64,000 bases of DNA, from NCBI GenBank assembly GCA_002922725.1, contig PNEW01000002.1, positions 5,811-69,810 on the forward strand. Reading direction: 5' to 3'. This stretch comes from Verrucomicrobia bacterium Opi.OSU.00C (GTDB taxonomy: Bacteria; Verrucomicrobiota; Verrucomicrobiia; Opitutales; PNEW01). The position numbers and the translations under genes are program-made. Within the stretch, counting starts at the first letter, position 1. Each line of letters starts with the position of its first letter. Under the pieces are notes generated by a model that saw nothing but the letters and a program-made list of their open reading frames with translations, was not told the origin of the DNA and made no database searches. Shown here one piece after another: positions 9,722-21,222 of the stretch.

Positions 9722-11986
9722 ATGAAAGAAATATTTAGGATATTTATTACTTATTCTTCGACAGTAATGTACGCATCATTTTGCCTTGGTTTTATATTAT
9801 TCCCGCACCTCTTAATTGCAAATAATGCAGATGATCTTCAAATCGTGCCCACACAAAGCAATCGACTTATCAATGAACAATCCCTCTATCTTTTGCAACA
9901 TGCGTTTAATCCAGTTGATTGGTACCCTTGGGGAGAGGAAGCATTTGAAAAAGCCCGGGTAGAAGATAAACCTATCTTTTTATCGATTGGCTATTCCACC
10001 TGCCATTGGTGTCACGTTATGGAACGTGAATCGTTTTCCAATCCGGAAATTGCACGGCTGATGAACAAATATTTCGTCAATATAAAAGTTGATCGAGAAG
10101 AACGTCCAGACGTAGATCAAGTATATATGCGTTTTGTCCAAACAACTACAGGTAGTGGTGGATGGCCATTAAATGTTTGGCTTACTTCCGATCTTAAACC
10201 CTTTGTCGGGGGAACTTATTTCCCCTCTAAATCGAATTATAAGCGTCCAGATTTTTCTTCTGTCTTAAATTCAATAGCTAAAATGTGGAATACTGACCGT
10301 GAAAAAATATTGAAAATAAGTAACGAAATCCTGACACATCTTAGCCCATCAAAAACTGATCCATATAGTTCTGAAAATTTAAATTTAATCAGCCTAAAAA
10401 ATGCATACACTATTTACAAAGATACATATGATAAAAACTCTGGCGGGTTTGGAGCTGCACCCAAGTTCCCTCACCCAGCATCATTAAATTTTCTTCTACG
10501 TTATTCAGTTGGCAAAGATATTGAAGATGTCGATAAGCAATTAGCCAAAGATATGGTTTTTTCCACTCTTCGAAATATTGCACAGGGTGGAATCAATGAC
10601 CATGTGGGTGGAGGATTTCACCGTTATTCAGTGGATGACCAGTGGCGCATGCCACATTTTGAAAAAATGCTCTACAATCAAGCTCAACTTTCAAGCGTAT
10701 ACCTAAATGCTTACCAACAAACTAGAGATCCTTGGTACGGTGATATTGCAAGGAATGTTTTGCGCTATGTTTATAATCAGCTTACCGATCCTGCAGGCGG
10801 CTTTTACTCTGCGGAAGATGCCGACAGCCTTCCGACTCCCAATGCCAACGAAAAAAAGGAGGGGGCATTCTATACATGGACAATGAACGAAATTATCGGA
10901 ATCCTGGGAAAAGAAACCGCAAATATTTTCTCTTACCATTACGGCTTTAAGAACAAAGGAAATGTCCTTTTTCAAAATGATCCTCGGGAAGAATTCATCG
11001 GTAAAAACATTCTATACGAAAAGTATTCGCTCAAAGATACAGCATTAAAATTTAACCAGAAGGAAGAAGCTCTAGAAATTCTTATCAATCGATGCAAGGA
11101 TCGCCTACTCAAAGAACGTAACAAACGTGAGAGGCCACAGCTTGATGATAAAATTATTACTGCTTGGAACGGTTTAATGATCTCTTCCTATGCCCGTGCT
11201 TCTGTTATTCTTCAGGATCCGGTTTATTTAGAAAGAGCATCGGCAGCCGCAGGTTTTATTCGCAATAATCTTTATCAAGAAAGTAATGGCCGCTTGCATC
11301 GTTCCTATCGCAACGGGTCCTCTCAAGTAGGAGGATTCCTTCAAGATTATGCTTATCTTATACAAGGTTTGATCGACCTTTATGAGACTTCTTTCAATAT
11401 TCATTGGTTACAGTGGGCACTTCAACTTCAAAAAAAGCAGGATATCCTATTTTGGGACGATGTTACTGGAGGTTATTTCACTGTTACAGGAGAAGACGCA
11501 AGTATTCTACTTCGTATAAAAGATAACTTTGATGGAGCCATTCCTTCACCAAACTCGATTGCTGCTATGAATCTCTTACGTCTGTCACAAATAATAGATG
11601 ACTCAAGCCATCGAAGACGCGCTGAAAAAACAATTCGCGCTTTTAGTCCAAGCTTTATAAAATCCCCCCGATCAATGCCACATATGCTGTCAGCTATGGG
11701 TTTCTATCTTGATACCCCTAAACAAATAATTCTCTCCGGCGATAGGTTTGCTCCCACCACAAAAGCAATGCTCAAGGAAATTTACCGCCACTATTTACCT
11801 AATAAAGTAATTCTTTTGGCTGACGGTGCAGAAGGACAGGAATTCCTTAATCAGAAACTTGCTATTTTAAAAACGATTAATCCCGTAGACGGCGAAACAA
11901 AGGCTTTTGTATGTGAAAATTATACATGTGATATGCCAACAACCCAGGTGGCAACATTGACCCGTCTACTAAAAAGATCGGAATAA
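9722..11986 (+). CDS. thioredoxin-domain protein of the DUF255/YyaL (SPATA20-like) family
   Basis: Track ORF 9692..11986 starts at TTG; the first ATG is at 9722. Contains [16 protein letters not shown] plus a long alpha/alpha-toroid-like C-terminal region. The N-terminal hydrophobic segment suggests export or anchoring. Confidence 0.85.
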   Translation: MKEIFRIFITYSSTVMYASFCLGFILFPHLLIANNADDLQIVPTQSNRLINEQSLYLLQHAFNPVDWYPWGEEAFEKARVEDKPIFLSIGYSTCHWCHVMERESFSNPEIARLMNKYFVNIKVDREERPDVDQVYMRFVQTTTGSGGWPLNVWLTSDLKPFVGGTYFPSKSNYKRPDFSSVLNSIAKMWNTDREKILKISNEILTHLSPSKTDPYSSENLNLISLKNAYTIYKDTYDKNSGGFGAAPKFPHPASLNFLLRYSVGKDIEDVDKQLAKDMVFSTLRNIAQGGINDHVGGGFHRYSVDDQWRMPHFEKMLYNQAQLSSVYLNAYQQTRDPWYGDIARNVLRYVYNQLTDPAGGFYSAEDADSLPTPNANEKKEGAFYTWTMNEIIGILGKETANIFSYHYGFKNKGNVLFQNDPREEFIGKNILYEKYSLKDTALKFNQKEEALEILINRCKDRLLKERNKRERPQLDDKIITAWNGLMISSYARASVILQDPVYLERASAAAGFIRNNLYQESNGRLHRSYRNGSSQVGGFLQDYAYLIQGLIDLYETSFNIHWLQWALQLQKKQDILFWDDVTGGYFTVTGEDASILLRIKDNFDGAIPSPNSIAAMNLLRLSQIIDDSSHRRRAEKTIRAFSPSFIKSPRSMPHMLSAMGFYLDTPKQIILSGDRFAPTTKAMLKEIYRHYLPNKVILLADGAEGQEFLNQKLAILKTINPVDGETKAFVCENYTCDMPTTQVATLTRLLKRSE

Positions 11987-11996
11987 GATAGAAATA

Positions 11997-12788
11997 CTAT
12001 TTTTCGGCAAATCCTATTAAAGATTTACGAAGCGATGGCACCATATCTTTAAGCATCGTCCCCAGTGATCTGATGCGTGATAATCCCATCCGATAACGCC
12101 GCGACTTTAGAAAAGTGCAATTGATGTTTTTAAAATTTCCTGCCTCCAATAATATTTTCAACTCTTTTATTGTGAATTCCCTATTGTGCCTATCAGGATA
12201 AAATGACTGGTTCTTATAAGAAATGGGGTCACTATATAAATAATGTGTTTCATAATCATAAGTGATATTTTTCCCTCTAAGTATACGAGATCTATTTCTA
12301 AAACTTACTACATTAGGAACATCCAATTCAATAATACCCCCTGGCTTTAAGACCCTGTACATTTCTTTTATCGCATGAAGGTGTGAATGAGAAAAATGTT
12401 CAAGGACTTGACAACATACTACACCATCAAAGTAATCATTAGGATAAGGGATTGAATCCACCTCGACATTACACTGTTTGAATTCAATATCTTTTTTTAA
12501 AAATATGCCTGGATAGACTTCTCTATTGTCAACGATATCAATAGCAAAACATTTGTGGCCAAGTTCATATAACAATGATGATAGTAAACCTGGGCCTGGA
12601 CCTACATCCAAAATTTTTTCTTGGTTCTTAAATTCATAAGCTATCCAACAAAAGCGGTCAATGCTGCCACAGAAGTTACTTTCCTGAGCTTTATTATTTA
12701 GATCATAAAGGGTTCCACTTTCTCTTACCTTCAAAGCAAGTTGAAAGATTTCTTTTCTACCTAAGCCTTGTGTTTCCTTTATGTTCAT
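11997..12788 (-). CDS. class I SAM-dependent methyltransferase
   Basis: 263 aa. Motif I ILDVGPGPGLLS and the later segments VVCCQVLEHF and LKPGGIIELDVPN. Confidence 0.8.
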   Translation of the reverse strand: MNIKETQGLGRKEIFQLALKVRESGTLYDLNNKAQESNFCGSIDRFCWIAYEFKNQEKILDVGPGPGLLSSLLYELGHKCFAIDIVDNREVYPGIFLKKDIEFKQCNVEVDSIPYPNDYFDGVVCCQVLEHFSHSHLHAIKEMYRVLKPGGIIELDVPNVVSFRNRSRILRGKNITYDYETHYLYSDPISYKNQSFYPDRHNREFTIKELKILLEAGNFKNINCTFLKSRRYRMGLSRIRSLGTMLKDMVPSLRKSLIGFAEK

Positions 12789-12848
12789 ATTACTTAGATA
12801 AAGTAATAAATACCTATATGTATTTATACGATTACTTTTATTGGTGAA

Positions 12849-13259
12849 TCAATTCCTAATCGGACGATATATCGCAGCAAGAATAATCCCCGCTAATATT
12901 AATTTAAGTACCCCGCCTACTAACCAAAAAATAAAGAGATTCATGGGTAGAGGTTGAGTTGCATACAAAATAAATATGGGGGCTGTCATTAATAGGCCTA
13001 TTAATAATCCATACCGTGCTCCCTCTCCCAATCCTCTATCTTCATATCCATGGAGAAAAATTAAACAGAAAAATACGGCCAACGTGATTTGTCCAAATAC
13101 ACGCCAAAATAAAAAAGATAGTATCCCTTTATTATGTCTCCATAAAGATGGAGCATCTTCATAAAAATTTTTGATAACAAAGTCATGCATAACCCAATCA
13201 AATAAAAAGATAAACGTGAATATACTTAGACATGACAAAATGAACTTTTCTTTATTCAT
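12849..13259 (-). CDS. small integral membrane protein (about four hydrophobic helices), function unknown
   Basis: 136 aa, strongly hydrophobic throughout. Same strand as its neighbours with tight spacing. Confidence 0.5.
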   Translation of the reverse strand: MNKEKFILSCLSIFTFIFLFDWVMHDFVIKNFYEDAPSLWRHNKGILSFLFWRVFGQITLAVFFCLIFLHGYEDRGLGEGARYGLLIGLLMTAPIFILYATQPLPMNLFIFWLVGGVLKLILAGIILAAIYRPIRN

Positions 13260-13368
13260 TATATTTATGCTTCTTCAATTTCTATAATAAATTAATTTTA
13301 AAGACCTAAATTTAGAACTTAAATATGATTTGTCACCAAATTTTGTTTTTGAGAAATTAACTAACTTC

Positions 13369-14706
13369 TTATCTCCTAAAAAATAATTGTTCCCCCGATG
13401 GATTAGGATCCACTTGCCCTTTTCGATAAGCAATATGACCTGAAACAATAGTAGCATAAATTGAGGATTTGAATGTGAACCCTGTAAAAGGGGACCACCC
13501 ACATTTGTAGAGAAGATTTCCTTCGCTAACCGTATATGCTGTATCCATATCAATCAGCACTAAATCAGCCCAATATCCTTCACGGATAAAACCCCTATCT
13601 TCCAATTGAAAAAGTCTCGCTACTGCATGACTGGTTTTCTCTACGATAAGCTCTAGAGGAAAAATACCCGAATGATAGTGTTCAAGTAAGGAGACCATCG
13701 CATGCTGCCCTAAAGGCATTCCTGAGGGTGCATAAAAATAAGAGTTCTTTTTCTCCTCAAGTGCATGAGGCGCATGATCAGTGGCAATAACATCAATCTT
13801 ATTATCTATGACTGCCTGACGTATAGCATCACGATCACTTTGAGTTTTAATTGCAGGATTACATTTTATAAGTGATCCTTTTTTTTCATAATCTGAATCG
13901 TCGAAAAACAAATGATGGACACAGGCTTCAGCAGTAATGTGTTTTTCTTCAAGTTGAAGATCAGAAAATAAAGCAACCTCATCAGCTGTAGTAATGTGCA
14001 AAATATGTAACTTTGTACCGTGCCTACGTGCAAGTTCAATAGCAAAAGATGATGACTTCAAACAGGCCCCAACATTTCGAATTAAGGGGTGGTAACAAAA
14101 TGGGATGCTTTCTCCATATTTCTGAAAATATATTCTTTCATTGTTTTCGATCATGGAATTATCTTCACAGTGAACAGCAATAATAATCGGTGCATGAGTA
14201 AAGATTTTGTCTAGAGATTCGGGATTATCGACAAGCAAGCTCCCCGTCGAAGATCCCATGAAAATTTTTATACCACAGATCTCTCTTGCATTTACATTTT
14301 TTATTTCTTCAAGGTTATCATCCGTCGCACCCAGGTAAAATGCATAGTTAGCAAATGAATGTTGAGATGCTATTTTAAGTTTCTCATCAATACGTTTATG
14401 ATCCACAGTTGGAGGATTAGTATTTGGCATTTCCATATAACTCGTAATTCCACCCGCAACAGCAGCACGTGATTCGGAAAATATATTACCGATATCTTGG
14501 AAACCCGGTTCACGAAAATGCACTTGGTCGTCAATCATGCCTGGGAGTAGAAACCGTCCCTCAGCATCAATAATCTGATCTGCTGTCTGAAATGCTAAGT
14601 CTGTTCCCACCTGTGAGATACGTCCTTCTTTTATAAATATATCTCTGTTTTGAATCGTACCCTCATTAACACAATTAGCATTTAATATTAAAATGCTCTT
14701 CATCAA
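13369..14706 (-). CDS. pyrC: dihydroorotase (cyclic amidohydrolase family)
   Basis: 445 aa. Metal ligands in DDQVHFREPG, HILHITT and VIATDHAPH. Confidence 0.85.
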   Translation of the reverse strand: MMKSILILNANCVNEGTIQNRDIFIKEGRISQVGTDLAFQTADQIIDAEGRFLLPGMIDDQVHFREPGFQDIGNIFSESRAAVAGGITSYMEMPNTNPPTVDHKRIDEKLKIASQHSFANYAFYLGATDDNLEEIKNVNAREICGIKIFMGSSTGSLLVDNPESLDKIFTHAPIIIAVHCEDNSMIENNERIYFQKYGESIPFCYHPLIRNVGACLKSSSFAIELARRHGTKLHILHITTADEVALFSDLQLEEKHITAEACVHHLFFDDSDYEKKGSLIKCNPAIKTQSDRDAIRQAVIDNKIDVIATDHAPHALEEKKNSYFYAPSGMPLGQHAMVSLLEHYHSGIFPLELIVEKTSHAVARLFQLEDRGFIREGYWADLVLIDMDTAYTVSEGNLLYKCGWSPFTGFTFKSSIYATIVSGHIAYRKGQVDPNPSGEQLFFRR

Positions 14707-14955
14707 CTTTCTCCTATTAGTTTTAATAAATGATTATGAAAATATAACATTTTTCCGGATGCAAAAAACGGACTTATCCAACGACCAAAATATACTCTGG
14801 TAAAAATTATTTTCCACAAATCAACTGTCTCACTTTATTACCCCCAACTTTGAATAGTGACACCTCCTAGACTGAAACGGGTAAATATTTAAAAGTCTGT
14901 CTTTTTGGCTTTAATATGATTACATAATGATAAAACTAGAGGGTTAAGGAATCAG

Positions 14956-15492
14956 TTAAGAAAAATTTTTCCACATCATAGATTCAACAGGACAGGAAGA
15001 TTTTACAGTATATTTTGATGAAGCCTTGAAATTGTATGGGGTATTTACTTTCCCTTTAACCTCAAAATATATAAGTTGTCCTATCGACATTCCAGCATAG
15101 ATTTTTACTGGTTGATGGACAGATATTTCCAAAGTCCAGTGATTACAATAACCAATATCGCCTTTACCTGCAGTGGCATGGATATCAATCCCAAGTCTAC
15201 CAATACTAGATTTACCTTCTAAAAATGGGACAAACCTATGAGTTTCGGTGTATTCAGTTGTAACCCCAAGGTAAATACAGTTTGGCTCAAGTATAAACCC
15301 CTCCTTGGGAATACTAGTTTGATTTATCTTATTATGTTTTTTTGCATCGAGTAACTTATCTTCATAAATAGCCAGGATATTTCCTAAATGCACATCATAA
15401 CTGTTGGTTCCAAGATTAACACGGTCGAAAGGATCAATAACAATATCACCCTTTTCCAATGCTCTAAGAATTTCACTATCGGTTAAAATCAT
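14956..15492 (-). CDS. dcd: dCTP deaminase
   Basis: 178 aa. N-terminus MILTDSEILRALEKGDIVIDPF and the core SSIGRLGI...HATAG are typical of Dcd. Confidence 0.9.
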   Translation of the reverse strand: MILTDSEILRALEKGDIVIDPFDRVNLGTNSYDVHLGNILAIYEDKLLDAKKHNKINQTSIPKEGFILEPNCIYLGVTTEYTETHRFVPFLEGKSSIGRLGIDIHATAGKGDIGYCNHWTLEISVHQPVKIYAGMSIGQLIYFEVKGKVNTPYNFKASSKYTVKSSCPVESMMWKNFS

Positions 15493-15655
15493 TCTATATG
15501 TAAATCATTAATTAACTGAATGAATTATTTAAAATAATTATATTAAAAATGAACATTATTAAATTCTAAATGATTAATAGTAAATTTTTATATATCTCTA
15601 TTGAGAATACCTCAATTTCTATAAGAGTATTGTTTATACCTTTTTACCCACAAAT

Positions 15656-17359
15656 TTAAGGAAAAGAAAAGCTATGATCGGAAATAAAATAAAAAAATGT
15701 CCAATTGGAAGCACCTAGGGCAACAAATATATACCCAAGGATGGAGACGATTATCATGGTCGTCAAAGCATAGGGTAGTTGAGTTGCTACGTGTTTGAGA
15801 TGATCACACTCCGATGAAAATGATGACAGAACCGTGGTATCACTGATTGGACTACAATGATCACCAAAAATAGCCCCATCAAGAACAGCAGCTGCAGCGA
15901 GATAAAAAAATAGGTTACCACTATCTGCAGCATTCTCCATTGAATGCATCAAGGGTAAAATTACAGGGATCATAATACCCATCGTTGCCCAACTAGAGCC
16001 TGTGGAAAACGAAATGATTCCAGCAAGAACAAAAGTGAACAAGGGAAGCACCCATAGTGGTAATCTGTTATCTAATAGAGAAACAAGGTACGTATCCGTA
16101 CCGAGAGTTTGGCCAATTGTACTCATCGCCCAGGCCATGAGAATTATAAATAATGCCAACTTCAAAGTTTTAATCGATTGGGAAAAAGCCTGAAAAGATT
16201 CTTTAATTGAGAGAATGCTTTGGCTCCAAGCGAGAAAGATCGCGATAATACTTCCGGCAACGGATGACCAGAAGAGTATGCTCATCATTTCTACACCTGA
16301 TTGAACAGCCGTAGTAATAAATCGTCCCCACTCACTTAATGTAAAAAGGGAATAATTTTCACCCATAGTTAATAATTGATTACGACCCAAAATAGTGAAA
16401 CCAATAAAGATTCCCATTATTAGAACAAAGAGAGGTAGAGCCGCATTAATCCAGCGGCGAGGGACTTCAATTCGCGGTTCAACATAAGCATTTTTACGCG
16501 TTAATAGTTGTGCGTCATCTTCAAATAATTTACCTTCAACTGTGGCTCGTTTTTCAGCTCGATACATGGGACCATAATCACGCTCCATAAGAGAATTTAG
16601 TAAAATAAAGATTAAAGTCCCCCAACAATAGAATCGTAAAGGAATGAGTTTTAGGAAAATGGCATAGCCACCAATATCCATCCCAAGATTGTGCGAAGCT
16701 TCACTCAACATCCAAACTTCAAAACCTATCCAAGTAGATATAAATGCTAATCCCGCTACTGGAGCAGTAGTAGAGTCTACTATATAAGCAAGTTTTTCAC
16801 GAGATATTCTCCATTTATCAGTCAAGCCACGCATCGTTGAACCAACAACAATAGTGTTTGAGTAATCATCAAAAAAAACAATCAAACCGGCGAACATTGT
16901 GGTTACCTTAGTCAAACGCCTACTTTTTGCGAAACGTGAGAATATCGTAACTAGACCATCGATACCACCACTTTTATAGGTTACATGAATCAAACCAACT
17001 AAAGTGAATAGAAAACCAAATATATAGATGTTAAATTGGTTTGTAAGATTACCCCATATGAACTGGTTCAGCCCTGAAGAAATAACTATTAAAGGTGATG
17101 GGCCAAAAGCCAAAAAAGCCCCAAGCAAAACAGCACTCGTCAATGCCCAAACTAAGGTTCGAAAAAAAATGGCAACATTAACTGCAAGCAGAGGGGGTAA
17201 AATAGAAGTCCAGTGGCCTACAAGTTTACCCTCCAATGACCCAGGAATATTCGTCGGTAAATTTGCAAATATTCCACATATGATGCCTCCAGTTAATACA
17301 AAGTAAAGACAGTCCTTAAGCTTTCGCATATGCAACCTTGATTCTTTCATAGAAAACAA
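15656..17359 (-). CDS. Na+/H+ antiporter NhaC-family membrane transporter
   Basis: 567 aa polytopic membrane protein. NhaC-like segments include VDSTTAPVAGLAFISTWIG and GDHCSPISDTTVLSS. Confidence 0.8.
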   Translation of the reverse strand: MFSMKESRLHMRKLKDCLYFVLTGGIICGIFANLPTNIPGSLEGKLVGHWTSILPPLLAVNVAIFFRTLVWALTSAVLLGAFLAFGPSPLIVISSGLNQFIWGNLTNQFNIYIFGFLFTLVGLIHVTYKSGGIDGLVTIFSRFAKSRRLTKVTTMFAGLIVFFDDYSNTIVVGSTMRGLTDKWRISREKLAYIVDSTTAPVAGLAFISTWIGFEVWMLSEASHNLGMDIGGYAIFLKLIPLRFYCWGTLIFILLNSLMERDYGPMYRAEKRATVEGKLFEDDAQLLTRKNAYVEPRIEVPRRWINAALPLFVLIMGIFIGFTILGRNQLLTMGENYSLFTLSEWGRFITTAVQSGVEMMSILFWSSVAGSIIAIFLAWSQSILSIKESFQAFSQSIKTLKLALFIILMAWAMSTIGQTLGTDTYLVSLLDNRLPLWVLPLFTFVLAGIISFSTGSSWATMGIMIPVILPLMHSMENAADSGNLFFYLAAAAVLDGAIFGDHCSPISDTTVLSSFSSECDHLKHVATQLPYALTTMIIVSILGYIFVALGASNWTFFYFISDHSFSFP

Positions 17360-17492
17360 TGGCTACACATTTTAACATAATATTGGACGTAAAAAGGTAA
17401 CATATCTCCTTTTTGAAACCTCAAATTTAATATGCTAAAATTTACGCAAAATTACGTTTAATTTAAGGCATATTGGTTCTTAGTTGATATAT

Positions 17493-17530
17493 TAAAAAAA
17501 ACAGGGGCATTGTTTTCACAATGCCCCTGT
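17493..17530 (-). terminator. Rho-independent terminator downstream of the TonB-dependent receptor gene
   Basis: Perfect 12-bp stem: ACAGGGGCATTG (17501-17512) pairs with CAATGCCCCTGT (17519-17530), with a 6-nt loop. An A-run at 17494-17501 reads as a U-tract on the minus-strand transcript. It lies 32 nt after the receptor's stop. Confidence 0.8.
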
Positions 17531-17561
17531 TTAAGTTTAATTTAAACTACAAACTATTTGG

Positions 17562-19772
17562 TTAGAATCCAATTCTGATACCACCTTTAAAGGTGCGAGC
17601 CTCAAGAAATGCCTGATTTCTTTCTACGGCATCGATGTCAAACAAGTTATGTACGTTGAACATCAGAGTGAGGTCGTAATCTTTATAGTCGATATTATGG
17701 CGGACAAACAGAGTGGTTACATACATTTCATCGGAGTAACGGCCCCGTGGTACGTCCGGCAGATTTGTAAATCCGCTACGGTCTACCTGTGCCATGTATG
17801 TCATACCCATTCCAACGGCGAAGCCTGACAGGGGTCCTTCATTAAAGCTGTATCTTGACATAAAGCTCAATTGGGTTCCTGGTGCTCCACCTAACTGACC
17901 ACCTTCACGGGCTGGATTGGTCTCGTCACTAACGAGTTCCGTTTCAAGGAAAGAGAAGGAGAAGAAGTTCTGCCAATTATCCCATGGCGAATAAACAATA
18001 TCTCCATCAAATCCACTTGCATTTTCAATACCAGAAAGGAAGGTTCTTTCACCTGCACGATTACCGGTAATCGGGTCAAAGATCGTTACCTGACGTGGAA
18101 TATTCGACCGGTCAATATCAAAGTATGACATTGAACCAGAGAGTCTTCCATCAAGGATATCGAACTTTACACCAAACTCAATACCACTACCAATCTGTGG
18201 ATCAAGAGCGTTGGCATCCTGTCCCGTGCCATTATCAGCAAGAGATTCACTCCAACTAAAGAAGACACCAAATCCGGGCCATATATCATAGACTGCACCA
18301 GCCTGGAAAGTTTCATCCTGTACTTCAGGATTCTGGATCTTGTCTGTTCGAGCACCCCAGACCATGTGTAATCTACCATCTAAGGCAGTAATCTGATCAG
18401 TGATAAACCAAGCATCAAAACCAAAGCCACCGCCTACATTGTGCAAACGATCGAGTGTTTGTGATTTGCTAGGTGCATCACCTTTCGGCGATCCAATAAC
18501 TCTTTCCTCATCGCCATCTGGACCTGCATCATTAAGAAACGGGTTGTTGGGATCATAAGGAACTACATTATCAGTAAGATATCCAAACTGCGATACAAAC
18601 TTCGAAGTTCTACGTCTGGAGTCAAACCCGATCACAATGTTGTGATCCATATTCCCAATAGTCGTTTTGAATTGTAAGTCATGACGATGATGGGTGTGGT
18701 CTTCTTCCTCGATCGTGAAACGTGTTCCAATTTCTTGGAAACCATCGAATTCACCACCACGTATAAGACCGCGAGGCTGCCTTAAGAAAACATCTCTTTC
18801 GCGCTGTCTGTTCATGACAACATAACGATAGTTGATATTCTCATTGAAGGAGTAGTCGAACTTTATGACGTTGAAGTCATGAGTATTGTCGAACCAATCA
18901 TCCGGACCTCTCCATGCAGTTTGTGTTCTACCACCACTATAGTTACGCCATGGGGACTGATTACCGAATTCATCAGATACCCAGAAGGGTAATCCCTGGC
19001 TAGGAGTCCAGTCACGGTCATGGCGTTCCCACTCGAACTGGATCGTAGCTTTATCGGTTAATCTCCATTGAATCGCACCATAGGTGAATACAATCTCGAG
19101 TTGTTCAAACAGCTCATCAGAATGACTGTAAGTGAAGGCACCCGTAAAACGATAGGCAAGTCTATCACCGACAGCATCTAAAGGACCGGTTACATCAAGA
19201 ACCGCACGACGGTAGGAGTAATTACCGATAAGTCCAGTAAAAGATCCCGATCTTGTCCATTGTGGTTGCTTGGTGATTAAGTTGATCGAACCACCGGGGG
19301 TCATCGATCCATAAGTCACAGACCTAGGCCCTTTAATAATCTCAACGCGGGCGAGGTTCGCAGCTTCGTGATATCCAGAGATCGTAATACCATTACGGTA
19401 GATCTGATCAGTTGGGAAACCACGAATGTTGTACCATCCTTGGTCACGTTCTGCATACTCGACCCTGACATTGGCGGCATACTCTACGATGTCATCCAAA
19501 TCGGCTGACAGAGTATCCTGAAGAAGGTCCTCGGTTATGGCTTGAATCGGAATGGCTATATCCGTCAACGCGACAGCAGTTCTTGAACCACTGATAACAT
19601 CGATAGCTTTATAGCCAACGTCTTTGGAAGTGTCCACCTCGTACTCAGACAAGGTGTAAACCTCCTCGTCTTGCGCGGTCAACTGCGCTGGCGCAATTAT
19701 CGCAAGACTAAGTACTGCTGCTGTGCCAAAGAGAAAAATTCTTCTGGCAAAGCAAGATAATACGTCATTCAT
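17562..19772 (-). CDS. TonB-dependent outer-membrane receptor
   Basis: 736 aa. Signal peptide (AVLSLAIIAPAQLTAQ), plug-domain motifs (VEIIKGPRSVTYG) and a beta-barrel ending in an aromatic residue (...GGIRIGF). Confidence 0.9.
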   Translation of the reverse strand: MNDVLSCFARRIFLFGTAAVLSLAIIAPAQLTAQDEEVYTLSEYEVDTSKDVGYKAIDVISGSRTAVALTDIAIPIQAITEDLLQDTLSADLDDIVEYAANVRVEYAERDQGWYNIRGFPTDQIYRNGITISGYHEAANLARVEIIKGPRSVTYGSMTPGGSINLITKQPQWTRSGSFTGLIGNYSYRRAVLDVTGPLDAVGDRLAYRFTGAFTYSHSDELFEQLEIVFTYGAIQWRLTDKATIQFEWERHDRDWTPSQGLPFWVSDEFGNQSPWRNYSGGRTQTAWRGPDDWFDNTHDFNVIKFDYSFNENINYRYVVMNRQRERDVFLRQPRGLIRGGEFDGFQEIGTRFTIEEEDHTHHRHDLQFKTTIGNMDHNIVIGFDSRRRTSKFVSQFGYLTDNVVPYDPNNPFLNDAGPDGDEERVIGSPKGDAPSKSQTLDRLHNVGGGFGFDAWFITDQITALDGRLHMVWGARTDKIQNPEVQDETFQAGAVYDIWPGFGVFFSWSESLADNGTGQDANALDPQIGSGIEFGVKFDILDGRLSGSMSYFDIDRSNIPRQVTIFDPITGNRAGERTFLSGIENASGFDGDIVYSPWDNWQNFFSFSFLETELVSDETNPAREGGQLGGAPGTQLSFMSRYSFNEGPLSGFAVGMGMTYMAQVDRSGFTNLPDVPRGRYSDEMYVTTLFVRHNIDYKDYDLTLMFNVHNLFDIDAVERNQAFLEARTFKGGIRIGF

Positions 19773-20185
19773 ATTTTTTCCTATTTTAGTTTGGGATTTG
19801 TTTGTAGTCTAGTTTGGTCCTCGACTCACGTTAAGCGAGGCCGAGTTATATAGGTTACAAATTTCGTATTTGATCCGCCTACTGTCAACTTTTTAATGAT
19901 TTTTTTTGCAAAGGCTTTTGAGAGAGACAATTTAAACGTGGTTAATGGAATTTTATTAAAAATTTTACCCGGGGTATAAATAACATAAATAACTTTTGTA
20001 TAAGTGCTTATGACTTTTATATAACATTTTAATTAAAAGATTAAAACCCTTGTAATGTTTCGACCAAAAAATCGGTGAAAAAAGGTAAATAGTTAGCGTT
20101 TTTCTGTTCTAATAATGCACTTATTTTGGGAAAGTTATCATCCTTTCTCTGTACGATCGTATAATGCTAATTAACGGCCTTAAAT

Positions 20186-20986
20186 TTAGTCATTTAATTG
20201 AAAAAAACGCTTCGTATTCAATGTAATTTGTTGGGCATATTCTGGTCCTGATTCCTTAAAAAGTTCCGCAAAAATTTGGGCAGTGTAAAGAAGATATGAC
20301 GGCTCATTCGGACTTCCTCTAAAAGGTTCTGGAGAAAGATAGGGGGCATCTGTTTCGATCATCACATTGTTGAGACCTTGCATGAGAGCTGCTTCGCGTA
20401 TTGATTCAGCATTTTTATAGGTGATTATGCCCGTAAATGAACCCCGCCCACCCCTTTCCATCAACTTTCTCATTTCCACTGGACCATATGTAAAGCAATG
20501 AAATACCACTTTTCTCCAATCAATACCTGCTTCATCTATTAATTTTACACATTCATGAAAAGTACCACGCGTATGTACGACTAGGGGACAATTGAGCTCC
20601 AAAGCAATCATGAGTTGACGCTTGAAAGCTGCTACTTGGCGCATTTTAACTGTTTTTGCTTCATCGATACTCTTAGGCAAGCGAAAAAAATCTAACCCTA
20701 TTTCTCCCAAAGCTACAGGACTGGGATTATCTTTAAAAAAATGTGTCAATCGGCTGATTTGTTCTTCCCAGTCTTCGCCAACATAGGAGGGATGTAATCC
20801 CACCGTGTAATATATAGTTCCACGATGCCGACTCGTTAATTCTTGATAAAGGCTCCAATCCTGAGCTTGCGTCCCCACGGTAATAACTTGAGTTATCCTA
20901 TCTCTTTTCGCATTTTCAAGTATCTCGTCCAGGATTCCTTTTTTATAGAAATGCTCGAGATGACAATGACTATCAATCAAGTCCAT
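20186..20986 (-). CDS. TatD family metal-dependent hydrolase/DNase
   Basis: 266 aa. MDLIDSHCHL, GEIGLDF, HTR, FHCF and IETDAPYL motifs. Confidence 0.9.
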   Translation of the reverse strand: MDLIDSHCHLEHFYKKGILDEILENAKRDRITQVITVGTQAQDWSLYQELTSRHRGTIYYTVGLHPSYVGEDWEEQISRLTHFFKDNPSPVALGEIGLDFFRLPKSIDEAKTVKMRQVAAFKRQLMIALELNCPLVVHTRGTFHECVKLIDEAGIDWRKVVFHCFTYGPVEMRKLMERGGRGSFTGIITYKNAESIREAALMQGLNNVMIETDAPYLSPEPFRGSPNEPSYLLYTAQIFAELFKESGPEYAQQITLNTKRFFQLND

Positions 20987-21222
20987 ACTCTACATATTTA
21001 GAGGCTGATTTAGCGTTCTTTCAAACTATATTCCAGTAAATTTTATAAATTAGCGATTCATTAGCTTACTTTTCTACTTCTATTCTGTAATTTAATTATA
21101 TACTTAATTGTCTTGTATATATTTGATATCCAACAACTAATAATATATTATACAGTAATTGACCGAGATGGATATTAATTATACTTTTCTTTTTAGTCAA
21201 AAAACAACTATAAGCCTTAATT

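Noticed and set aside
19773-20185. A cobalamin or other riboswitch, or a Fur box, in the 413-bp leader of the TonB-dependent receptor.
   Set aside because: I found only a weak 5-bp hairpin and a 10/19 Fur-box match near 19885-19905. Neither is distinguishable from AT-rich background.
21130-21165. An AT palindrome (AATAATATATTATAC) in the tatD-fur spacer, as a possible dif/Xer site.
   Set aside because: It matches the XerC/XerD arms of the dif consensus poorly, and such palindromes are expected in spacer of about 20% GC.
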